Assembly: GCA_026129305.1 (NCBI GenBank) | Contig: JAHCII010000001.1 | Coordinates: 26,270-90,269, forward strand | DNA length: 64,000 nt | Source of the DNA: Anaerolineales bacterium | GTDB lineage: Bacteria > Chloroflexota > Anaerolineae > Anaerolineales > UBA11579 | Direction of reading: 5' to 3' | Part shown: piece after piece, positions 1 to 7,324 of the stretch | Layout: every line of letters begins with the position of its first letter | Position numbering within the stretch: position 1 is the first letter of the stretch | The notes under the pieces: model-generated | Told to the model about the DNA's origin: nothing | The model's input: only the letters and a program-made list of their open reading frames with translations | Databases searched by the model: none | Program-made: the position numbers and the translations under genes

Positions 1-125
1 CCTCGCGCTGGGGAGTGCTGAGTGTGCCTACCACCTATTTGTTTAATCGTCAGGGGGAAATGAAACACGCCAATTACGGCGTGGTTCGCTTGGAAAAACT
101 GCTGGAACAACTGCAGCAGTTATGA
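1..125 (+). CDS. 3' end of a thioredoxin-fold thiol:disulfide oxidoreductase (TlpA/ResA-like), cut by the window edge
   Basis: Frame-3 translation reads ...GVLSVPTTYLFNRQGEMKHANYGVVRLEKLLEQLQQL*, with stop TGA at 123-125. The 'PTT(Y/F)LxxRxG' pattern is typical of the C-terminal part of TlpA/ResA proteins. Confidence 0.4.
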   Translation, partial: SRWGVLSVPTTYLFNRQGEMKHANYGVVRLEKLLEQLQQL

Positions 126-527
126 CACAACCACATCTGCCAGGGAAGTCGTTTCCATCTTGTTTGAGGTGTAGTCGCGAATATCGCGGAAGACCCGCAG
201 CAATCCCTCTTCTTTTTCCACTGGGGTGGCTTCGTAAAAATTCTTGCTCACCGATTCGGTGGGCGCCAAGGCGCCGTCAAAGACGCGGATGATATCTGCC
301 AGAAAGATCTCGTTGGCCGGGCGGGCCAGGCTGTAGCCGCCGCGCTGGCCTTTCACACTGCGCACCACGTGTGCGCGCTTCAGCGAAAGCAAAATCTGCT
401 CCAAAAAGCGCGGTGGGATACCCTGCGCCTTGGCGATCGTCTCCACAGGGATGTGTGAGATCTCACTGTTGCGCGCCAGGTACACCAAAGCCAGCAAGGC
501 GTATTCACTACGGGCGGTCAGTTTCAT
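120..527 (-). CDS. Rrf2-family transcriptional regulator (no Cys ligands, so not an Fe-S type)
   Basis: N-terminal wHTH 'MKLTARSEYALLALVYLA', 'IPPRFLEQILLSLKRA' and 'GQRGGYSLA' are Rrf2 signatures. The protein has no cysteines. Confidence 0.85.
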   Translation of the reverse strand: MKLTARSEYALLALVYLARNSEISHIPVETIAKAQGIPPRFLEQILLSLKRAHVVRSVKGQRGGYSLARPANEIFLADIIRVFDGALAPTESVSKNFYEATPVEKEEGLLRVFRDIRDYTSNKMETTSLADVVVS

Positions 528-559
528 AGAAAGGTGATAACTCCGATAGGAGTGTAGCC

Positions 560-608
560 TAAAGAGTTACAAAGTCAAGCCCGCGCCGTAGCGGCGCGAG
601 CTTGACTT
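560..608 (-). terminator. Hairpin terminator after the helicase gene
   Basis: 572-588 AAGTCAAGCCCGCGCCG pairs with 592-608 CGGCGCGAGCTTGACTT with one mismatch. A U-rich TTTGTAACTCTTT follows on the minus strand. Confidence 0.55.
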
Positions 609-618
609 GAATTCTCCA

Positions 619-1854
619 TTAGCGATAGGAAGCCAGACGCTTGGCGTAGTCTTCCCCACGCCGATTGCGCTGAGGGCGGCGCGCGCCGCGGGGGAATGCG
701 GGCTCCGGCCCGGTGGCAGCCAGCTGTGGTTCACTGCCGTAGTCAAAGCCTTCCAACTTGCGGCGCTCGATCGGCTTGCCCAGCACACGCTCCAGGCTGC
801 GCAAGGCCGCTTTGTCTTCTGGCGTCACCAGGGTGTAAGCGTCGCCGCTGCGTTCCGCCCGGCCGGTGCGGCCAATGCGGTGGATGTAAGCATCCGTGGT
901 ATCCGGCATATCGTAGTTGATCACATGCGAAATCGACTGAATATCCAGGCCGCGGGCGGCAATGTCGGTAGCCACCATGATCTGGAAGCGGCCTTCGCGG
1001 AAGCCCTTGATCGCCGCCTGGCGTTGACCCTGGGTGCGGTTGCCGTGCAGGCTGGTGACGCGATAGCCAGACGTCTCCAGCTGGCGGGCCACCTTCTGGG
1101 CGCGGTGCTTGGTACGCGTAAAGACCAGTACGGAGTTGGCGGCCGACTGCGTCAGCAGTTCCACCAACAAGCGCGTCTTGGCGCCGTTCGAAACCGGGTA
1201 CAGCGCATGCGAAACGGTATGGGCCGGAGCGCTGATGCCGACTGCCACTCGCTGCGGGTCGTGCAGGGCCTGTTCGGCCAGTTCACGCACTTCTTTGGGG
1301 AACGTGGCAGAAAAGAACAGCGTCTGGCGCTGGTCCGGGACCAGCTTGAGGATGCGGCGCACATCGGGCAGGAAGCCCATGTCAAACATGCGGTCGGCTT
1401 CGTCCAGCACCAGCACTTCGACCTTGTCGAGGCGCGCCGCGCCCTGCCCTGCCAGGTCGAGCAAACGACCGGGGCAGGCCACGATGATCTCGGTGCCGTT
1501 GCGCAGCGCCTGGGCCTGCGGGCGGGCGCCCACGCCGCCGTAGACGGTGACCGAACGCAGACCCGTGCCGGTGGCCAACAGCTTCACGGTTTCGTGGATC
1601 TGCTCGGCCAGTTCACGGGTCGGGGTGACGATCAGGGCGCGCGTTTGGCGGCGCGGGCCGTCCAGCAGTTTGTTGAGCAAAGGCAGCACGAAAGCTGCGG
1701 TCTTGCCTGTGCCGGTTTGGGCCGTGCCGATGATGTCTGCGCCTTGCAGGGCCAAGGGAATGGCCTGGGCTTGGATCGGCGTGGGTTGCACGAAACCGGC
1801 GCGTTGGATGCCCACTTGAAGGCGAGCATCAAGGTTGAACTCAGTGAATTGCAT
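619..1854 (-). CDS. DEAD-box ATP-dependent RNA helicase (RhlE/CshA-like) with a basic C-terminal tail
   Basis: Q-motif 'FVQPTPIQ', Walker A 'AQTGTGKT', 'DEAD', 'SAT' and 'HRIGRTGR' are all present. Confidence 0.95.
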   Translation of the reverse strand: MQFTEFNLDARLQVGIQRAGFVQPTPIQAQAIPLALQGADIIGTAQTGTGKTAAFVLPLLNKLLDGPRRQTRALIVTPTRELAEQIHETVKLLATGTGLRSVTVYGGVGARPQAQALRNGTEIIVACPGRLLDLAGQGAARLDKVEVLVLDEADRMFDMGFLPDVRRILKLVPDQRQTLFFSATFPKEVRELAEQALHDPQRVAVGISAPAHTVSHALYPVSNGAKTRLLVELLTQSAANSVLVFTRTKHRAQKVARQLETSGYRVTSLHGNRTQGQRQAAIKGFREGRFQIMVATDIAARGLDIQSISHVINYDMPDTTDAYIHRIGRTGRAERSGDAYTLVTPEDKAALRSLERVLGKPIERRKLEGFDYGSEPQLAATGPEPAFPRGARRPQRNRRGEDYAKRLASYR

Positions 1855-1974
1855 ATATTCCTTTGTTATTCAGAAGTCAAGCGGGTGTTTGGGAATGAAC
1901 AGAGAAATAAGACTAAGTTCAGACAAGAACAGCGGCGACTGCCGAATAAAGTTGCTAGTGGATAAGACCGGGCT

Positions 1975-2003
1975 AGCATACAGGGTCTGAACGGGAAAGT
2001 CAA
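1975..2003 (-). promoter_or_regulatory. Candidate sigma-70 promoter of the helicase gene
   Basis: Minus strand reads TTGACT (2003-1998), 17 nt spacer, TATGCT (1980-1975). This would give a ~120 nt 5' UTR. Confidence 0.4.
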
Positions 2004-2053
2004 GTCAGACCAGCCGACAGTTTGACAGTCTACAGTTGACAGAGAAACCATCT

Positions 2054-2100
2054 GTCATTGCGAGAGAGGCCCGGCGAAGCCAGGGCCGACGAAGCAATCT
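2054..2100. repeat. Short 'GTCATTGCGAG...CGAAGCAATCT' palindromic element, copy 1
   Basis: Sequence is gtcattgcgagagaggcccggcgaagccagggccgacgaagcaatct. The ends ATTGC/GCAAT are inverted. A related copy lies on the opposite strand at 18256-18304. Confidence 0.6.
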
Positions 2101-2110
2101 TAGTCTTTGG

Positions 2111-2192
2111 TTGTAGGGGCGGGTCTGTGACCCGCCCGATTGGGCGAGTAACAAGCGTACCAGCAGGGCCGGTCTGAGACCGGCCCCTACAA
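2111..2192. repeat. REP-like nested hairpin pair
   Basis: Two perfect 9-bp hairpins: GGGCGGGTC-TGT-GACCCGCCC (2117-2137) and GGGCCGGTC-TGA-GACCGGCCC (2166-2186). They are enclosed by the outer inverted repeat TTGTAGGGGC (2111-2120) / GCCCCTACAA (2183-2192). Confidence 0.7.
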
Positions 2193-2346
2193 ATCAAACT
2201 CTTGGTCGAATTCCTCTTCAGTAAGCACCTGATCCAGCTCGTATTCCCTGCACGCCGCGCATAATGCTTGTTGGAAGGCCGGGTCAGCTTGTTCGCGGCG
2301 GATTTCTTCTTCAATCAGAAGTTGAACCGTCGCTCATCAATTGATT

Positions 2347-3114
2347 CTACTCCAGCGCCCAGACGCGCAAATCCGAAAAACTCACCGAGACATCCCCCTC
2401 CCCCGAGGTGTGCACGAACACACCCAGGGTGCCCTGGTAGAGCTGAGTATCACTCACGCTAAAGAAATACATGTCATTCACAAAGAAATGCATTTGGCTG
2501 CCGCGCGCCCACACCCCCAGCCGTACGCTGCTGGGGGCCAGGCTGGGGATAATGCGGTTGCTGGCCCAGCCTGCATGGCGCGTCAGGCTCCCCCCCAGGT
2601 AGCGGTCCACCTTGGCGCTCCCGTCACAGCTCAGGGCGAAGCGGTAGTGGTCGCCATTCTGGACGCGCAGCAGCAGGCCGTATTCATCCCCACCCCGGCA
2701 CAGGCTGGGCTCAGCGGTGATCTCGGTATAGAAATTGCCCAGAACCGGCTGGGCGCGCGTGCTAAACAAGTAATTGCGGCCCAGGTTGAGCGTGAGGTGC
2801 ACGGTATTGTTGGAGACGATCACCACCGCATCCCGCTCGCCCCCGGTGGTCCACAGCGCTGCGTCGCTAAAATCGTCCTCCAGCAGCAAGTCGCCAATGC
2901 CCGGGCGCATGTCTGTCGTGGGTTGCAACTGCGGCGTGGGGAAACTGGTGGGCTGCGCGGTGGGCGGGAACCACACCGGGGTGGGCGTGGGGCTGGGCAA
3001 TGGCGTTGGCGCCTCGGTGGGCGACGGCGGTGCAAAAGTGACCCGGCAGCCGGTCAGCCACAGCAGCGTCAGCAAGCCCAGGGTCTTGAACAGGCGGTCA
3101 TTCACAAGGCGCAA
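2347..3114 (-). CDS. Lipoprotein of unknown function (Pro/Thr linker plus a beta-sandwich-like C-terminal domain)
   Basis: Signal peptide with lipobox 'LWLTGC', a proline-rich linker 'PPSPTEAPTPLPSPTPTP', and a C-terminal ~180 aa reminiscent of LamG/DUF1080-type domains. Confidence 0.6.
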   Translation of the reverse strand: MRLVNDRLFKTLGLLTLLWLTGCRVTFAPPSPTEAPTPLPSPTPTPVWFPPTAQPTSFPTPQLQPTTDMRPGIGDLLLEDDFSDAALWTTGGERDAVVIVSNNTVHLTLNLGRNYLFSTRAQPVLGNFYTEITAEPSLCRGGDEYGLLLRVQNGDHYRFALSCDGSAKVDRYLGGSLTRHAGWASNRIIPSLAPSSVRLGVWARGSQMHFFVNDMYFFSVSDTQLYQGTLGVFVHTSGEGDVSVSFSDLRVWALE

Positions 3115-3203
3115 TTATAGCGATGCCAGCCGGGCTGAATGGCCCAGACTCATGCTGCGCCCATCTGCTGAGCCGAGTAGAATAGCCGCCCAAGGAGAAC
3201 GCA

Positions 3204-3551
3204 ATGCGCATTCTGGCACGCTCTAAGATCCACAAAGCCATCGTCACCGACGCGGATGTGAACTACGTCGGCAGCATCACGATTGATGAGGACCTGATCG
3301 AAAAGGCCGGGCTGTGGCCGGGTGAAAAAGTGCTGGTGGTCAGCAACACCAGCGGAGCGCGTCTGGAAACCTATGTGATCGTGGGCCCGCGCGGCAGCGG
3401 AGAGATCACGATGAATGGCGCCGCCGCACATCTGATCAAGCCTGGCGAAGAGATCATCATTATCGCCTTCGAAATTACCGACACCCCTGTGGAAACGCAC
3501 TTTATCCTGGTGGATGAGAACAATAAGTTTGTGCAGTACTTGGGCAAATAG
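3204..3551 (+). CDS. panD: Aspartate 1-decarboxylase proenzyme
   Basis: 'MRILARSKIHKAIVTDADVNYVGSITID' carries the Gly-Ser self-processing site. 'NGAAAH' is present, the length is 115 aa, and GGAGAA lies upstream of the ATG. Confidence 0.95.
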   Translation: MRILARSKIHKAIVTDADVNYVGSITIDEDLIEKAGLWPGEKVLVVSNTSGARLETYVIVGPRGSGEITMNGAAAHLIKPGEEIIIIAFEITDTPVETHFILVDENNKFVQYLGK

Positions 3552-3721
3552 TGAATTGGCCAATCAATAATTGGCATTCTGGTCTCTCATTTCACAAAAT
3601 CGAACTTGGTTTGGGTTAGCAAGCAAGCCGCCCTGGCCATAGTCTGTGTCAGATTGAATAAGGGCGTAACATGCTACGCCCCCTTCGCGATCGAATTTGA
3701 ACTCCTTGTCGGCCTAATAAG

Positions 3722-4729
3722 CTACTCGTAACGCTCCCTGATATTCGGCACCAAGTATTCATCAAAACAACGCTGCAGGTCATACTCGGGCGCCCAGCCC
3801 CAGTCGGTGCGGGCGGCGCGGTCGTCCACATCCAGCGGCCAGCTGTCCACAATGCCCTGGCGGGCTGCATTGGGCGCATAGCTGATCTTGGCCCCGGGGA
3901 AGGCGGTCTGCACCTGGCCGGCAAAGGCTTCGGCTGACAGGCTGAAGGCGCCCACATTGTAGGCGCGGCGGCCAAGCGCCGCAGCCGGCGCAGCGGCCAG
4001 CCCCAGCAGGGCGCGCACGGCGTCCGGCATGGCCATGAAGGGGATGGTGGTGTCCGGCCGCACGAAACAGGCATAGGCCTGGCCCTGGGCGGCGGCATGC
4101 AGCATCTCCGGTCCGTAGTCGCTGGTGCCGCCCGTGGGCGCGGTGTGGGCGCTGATCAGCCCCGGGAAGCGCAGGGAGCGAAAGTCCAGCCGGGTGAGGA
4201 CCTCCGCCTGCAGCTGCCCGTACTGGTTGGAGTAATACGCCCCCAATTTTTCCACGGCCAGCTTATTGCAGCCGTACATCGTGGTGGGGTCATTAAAGTC
4301 GCCTTCGCCCACTTTGGCGTGCGTCGCTTTAGCCGCCAGGTCAGGCAATCCATACACGGCGATCGAGCTGGGAAAAATCACCTGCACCGGTTGGCCGCCC
4401 TCCATGGACTGGCGGGCAGCCAGCTCCAGCAGCAGCAGGCTGGCATCCACATTGACCTGGTGGGCCAGGGCCGGTTTGCGCTCTGCGCTGGTGGAAAGCA
4501 AGGCAGCCAGATGAAAGATCTGGGCAAACCGGTATTGCTCAGCCAAACCTGCCAATAGGGTTGCATCCGCCACGCTGCCCTGCACATGCTGGCTGGGCTG
4601 TGCCCCCGCTGGCATGGCTTGCAGGTCCAGGGTCACCAGCGGGCTTTTGCCCCCGGCGGCCAACTCGGCCAGTAACGCCTGGCCAATTTCTCCGGCGGCG
4701 CCAGTGATCAGAATGGCATTTTTCTGCAT
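3722..4729 (-). CDS. NAD-dependent epimerase/dehydratase-family extended SDR (L-threonine 3-dehydrogenase-like)
   Basis: 'ILITGAAGEIGQAL' is a Rossmann motif and 'YGCNKLAVE' is the YxxxK catalytic motif. Length is 335 aa. Confidence 0.7.
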   Translation of the reverse strand: MQKNAILITGAAGEIGQALLAELAAGGKSPLVTLDLQAMPAGAQPSQHVQGSVADATLLAGLAEQYRFAQIFHLAALLSTSAERKPALAHQVNVDASLLLLELAARQSMEGGQPVQVIFPSSIAVYGLPDLAAKATHAKVGEGDFNDPTTMYGCNKLAVEKLGAYYSNQYGQLQAEVLTRLDFRSLRFPGLISAHTAPTGGTSDYGPEMLHAAAQGQAYACFVRPDTTIPFMAMPDAVRALLGLAAAPAAALGRRAYNVGAFSLSAEAFAGQVQTAFPGAKISYAPNAARQGIVDSWPLDVDDRAARTDWGWAPEYDLQRCFDEYLVPNIRERYE

Positions 4730-4813
4730 CTTGCTCCTGAGAATAGGCTGTAGATGATGGGGAACGCGTATTATTGCACAGCTTTTGGGAAAACAATAGG
4801 CCGCGCAAACAAC

Positions 4814-4842
4814 TTGACGTAGAACGGGCGTTCGTGTATAGT
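4814..4842 (+). promoter_or_regulatory. lexA promoter with an embedded LexA (Cheo-type) operator
   Basis: TTGACG (4814-4819), 17 nt spacer, TATAGT (4837-4842). The spacer contains the palindrome GAACGGGCGTTC (4822-4833), which fits GAAC-N4-GTTC. Confidence 0.75.
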
Positions 4843-4881
4843 TTTAGCACAAATGAACGAATTTTTGCGAGGAGAGCCAAA

Positions 4882-5598
4882 ATGATGATGGCCAAACGCC
4901 GCAAGGGGCTGAGCGAACGACATAAGAAGATCCTGGAGGTGCTGGAGAAGTACCAGACCGAAACCGGTTACCCACCCTCCATCCGCGAGATTGGCAAACA
5001 AACCGGCATCTCCTCGACCTCCGTGGTTAATTACTATTTAAACCAGTTGGAAGAAGAGGGTTACATTGAGCGCGACCGCAAGATCTCGCGCGGCGTACGT
5101 CTGGTCAAGGGCCTCACCGGACAGTTGGAGGAAGCCGCCGAGAAGGTGCGCAGCGCCATCGAGGACCTGATCCGCGTGCCGGTGATCGGTCGCATCGTGG
5201 CCGGCGAACCCATGCCGGTGCCCACCTCTGATTTCGGCTACTACGACCCGGAAAGCGGCGTGGAAATCGCCCGCAGCCTGCTGGCCCCCGGCGACAAAGA
5301 AGAAGACCTGTTCGCTCTGGAAGTGCAGGGCGACTCGATGATCGACGCCATGGTCAATGATGGCGACATCGTAGTCATGAAACGCTCGCAAGACGCCCGC
5401 AACGGCGAAATGGTGGCCGTATGGCTCACCGACCGCGACGAGACCACCTTGAAGTACTTCTACAAGGAAAACGGCGGCATTCGGCTGCAACCCGCTAACC
5501 CCACCATGCAGCCCATCATTGTGGATAACCCGCGCGCCGTGCAGGTGCAAGGCAAAGTGGTGATGGTCATCCGCCAGATGGACGCATCGGCCAACTAA
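4882..5598 (+). CDS. lexA: LexA repressor
   Basis: The wHTH 'YPPSIREIGKQTGISSTSVVNYYLNQLEEEGYI', the Ala-Gly cleavage site 'VAGEP', and S24 peptidase 'VQGDSM...VVMKR' are all present. ATG at 4882 is preceded by GGAGAG. The longer ORF starting at 4774 was rejected. Confidence 0.95.
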   Translation: MMMAKRRKGLSERHKKILEVLEKYQTETGYPPSIREIGKQTGISSTSVVNYYLNQLEEEGYIERDRKISRGVRLVKGLTGQLEEAAEKVRSAIEDLIRVPVIGRIVAGEPMPVPTSDFGYYDPESGVEIARSLLAPGDKEEDLFALEVQGDSMIDAMVNDGDIVVMKRSQDARNGEMVAVWLTDRDETTLKYFYKENGGIRLQPANPTMQPIIVDNPRAVQVQGKVVMVIRQMDASAN

Positions 5599-5625
5599 CA
5601 GTCATAGCTCCTCCTCCGTGGAGCA

Positions 5626-5656
5626 GAAAAGCCTGCCAGGTGGCAGGCTTTTCTCT
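5626..5656 (+). terminator. Rho-independent terminator after lexA
   Basis: AAAAGCCTGCCAGGTGGCAGGCTTTTCT hairpin followed by a T-rich run. Confidence 0.8.
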
Positions 5657-5682
5657 TTCCGCTTGCCGTTACAATCAGCCGC

Positions 5683-6645
5683 ATGACAGAAGCCAACAGC
5701 CAACGCGTCCTGGTCGAGCTGATTAAAGAGATTGCCGCAGACCAAAGATACGGCCTGACCTGTTTTTCGCACGACTGGATCCTGCGCCTGGAGAAGAACG
5801 GGGCCACCCGCCATATCTTTGGCTACAACTTCGAGATCAACTCAGCCACCGCCGAATTACTGGCCGGGGACAAAGCCGCCATCGCCGACCTGTTGGCCCA
5901 TCAAGGGATAGCCAATGTTCCGCATCGCCTATTTTTGCACCCGCGGCTGAGCGGCTACGTTTCTGCCAAAGGCAACTGGCCTGCCATGTTGGCCTCCGCA
6001 GAGGAATTCGGCTATCCATTGGTATGCAAGCCCAACGCGGGCACGGGCGGCCTGGGGGTAACCCTGGTGAACAACGTGGCCGAACTGGAGCTGGCCGTGT
6101 ACACCTTGTTTCAGAAACACCGCGGCATCAGCTTTTCGCCTTATCTGGAGATCGACCAGGAGTTCCGCGCCATCATGCTGGACGGGGAACTGCAGCTGCT
6201 CTACACCAAGCGCCGCCCCCACGTGGTCGGTGACGGGCAGGCCAGCCTGATGCAGCTGATTCAGGCTGCGCAGGCTGGCGGGCAGCTGTCCGCCGAGGCC
6301 GCCGGGCAAGCCATCGAAAACAAACAGAACGATCTGCAAACGGTGCCTGCTGTGGGCGAAGAAGTGCTGCTGGGGTGGAAGCACAACCTGGGCGCCGGCT
6401 CCAGCCCGCAACAGCTGGGCGATGGCCCCTTAGCCAGCCAACTGAGCCGTCTAGCGCGCCAAGCGCAGCAAGCGATCAACATCCGCTTCGCTTCGGTGGA
6501 TATTGTCGAGGTGCAAGGCGAACACCGCGTGCTGGAGATCAACTCCGGTGTGATGATGGAGCATTTTGTGCGCAGCCAGCCGGAACACCGCGCCACGGCC
6601 AAGGCGATCTATGCCAGGGCGATCGAGCGCATGTTCGGCGCCTGA
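5683..6645 (+). CDS. ATP-grasp family ligase (first gene of the acyl-sugar operon)
   Basis: Motifs 'YPLVCKPNAGTGGLGV', 'EFRAIMLDGE' and 'LEINSGVMMEH' match the ATP-grasp core (RimK/cyanophycin-synthetase-like). There is no obvious SD. TACAAT lies at 5670-5675. Confidence 0.7.
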   Translation: MTEANSQRVLVELIKEIAADQRYGLTCFSHDWILRLEKNGATRHIFGYNFEINSATAELLAGDKAAIADLLAHQGIANVPHRLFLHPRLSGYVSAKGNWPAMLASAEEFGYPLVCKPNAGTGGLGVTLVNNVAELELAVYTLFQKHRGISFSPYLEIDQEFRAIMLDGELQLLYTKRRPHVVGDGQASLMQLIQAAQAGGQLSAEAAGQAIENKQNDLQTVPAVGEEVLLGWKHNLGAGSSPQQLGDGPLASQLSRLARQAQQAINIRFASVDIVEVQGEHRVLEINSGVMMEHFVRSQPEHRATAKAIYARAIERMFGA

Positions 6646-6670
6646 GCGGCATGTGCCTGCCTGATAGAAT

Positions 6671-7324
6671 TTGAATGTGGCGCCAACCAAGCTGCCTGCG
6701 GGCATCCCCCGCAGCAAACGTATCTTAGACATCAGCCTGACCCTGCTGGCGCTGCCCTTGGCATTGCCCCTGGCGGGGTTGGTGGCGCTGCTAGTGCGCC
6801 TCTTCCTGGGGCGGCCGGTGCTCTTTCGGCAGGAACGCCCTGGCTACCGCGGCCTGCCCTTTACCCTCTACAAATTCCGCACGATGAAAGACCTGCGCGG
6901 GCCGGACGGCGAACTGCGTCCGGATGCCGAACGGCTGACCGTGCTGGGCCGCCTGCTGCGCGCCTCCAGCCTGGATGAGTTGCCCGAGCTATACAATGTG
7001 CTGAGCGGAGAGATGAGCCTGGTGGGGCCGCGGCCGCTGCTGATGCGCTACCTGGACCGCTACACCGCCGAGCAGGCGCGCCGCATGCAGGCGCTGCCCG
7101 GGCTGACCGGCTGGGCGCAGGTCAACGGGCGCAACAACGTTTCCTGGGAGGACAAGTTCGCCCTGGACGTATGGTATGTGGACCACTGGTCGCTGTGGCT
7201 GGACCTCAAGATCTTGCTGCTGACCCCACTGAAGGTGCTGCGCCGCGAGGGTATCAACCAGCCCGGCAACGCCACTGCGGTGGAATTTATGGGCAGCCAG
7301 GGCCAGGAAGGGCGGCGAGTATAA
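6671..7324 (+). CDS. Small monotopic phosphoglycosyltransferase (bacterial sugar transferase, PglC/WbaP C-terminal type)
   Basis: 'KRILDISLTLLALPLALPL' fits a re-entrant helix. 'PVLFRQERPGYRGLPFTLYKFRTM', the 'DELPEL' Asp-Glu dyad and 'MSLVGPRP' are family motifs. The start is uncertain (TTG 6671 or GTG 6677). Confidence 0.85.
   Translation: MNVAPTKLPAGIPRSKRILDISLTLLALPLALPLAGLVALLVRLFLGRPVLFRQERPGYRGLPFTLYKFRTMKDLRGPDGELRPDAERLTVLGRLLRASSLDELPELYNVLSGEMSLVGPRPLLMRYLDRYTAEQARRMQALPGLTGWAQVNGRNNVSWEDKFALDVWYVDHWSLWLDLKILLLTPLKVLRREGINQPGNATAVEFMGSQGQEGRRV

Noticed and set aside
607-1965. 452-aa plus-strand ORF overlapping the DEAD-box helicase
   Set aside because: The helicase on the minus strand has every canonical motif. 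The plus-strand product is low-complexity Ala/Arg/Gly.
4774-4881. Longer lexA ORF starting at 4774
   Set aside because: It would include the promoter and operator. The ATG at 4882 has a GGAGAG SD, and the LexA N-terminal homology starts there.
7171-7323. N-terminal 51-codon extension of the E1 alpha ORF
   Set aside because: The extension overlaps the 3' end of the sugar-transferase gene in another frame. The E1 alpha homology begins at 'MPPMPDQAGLYRQMYRIRRFE', and ATG 7324 forms a TAATG coupling junction.
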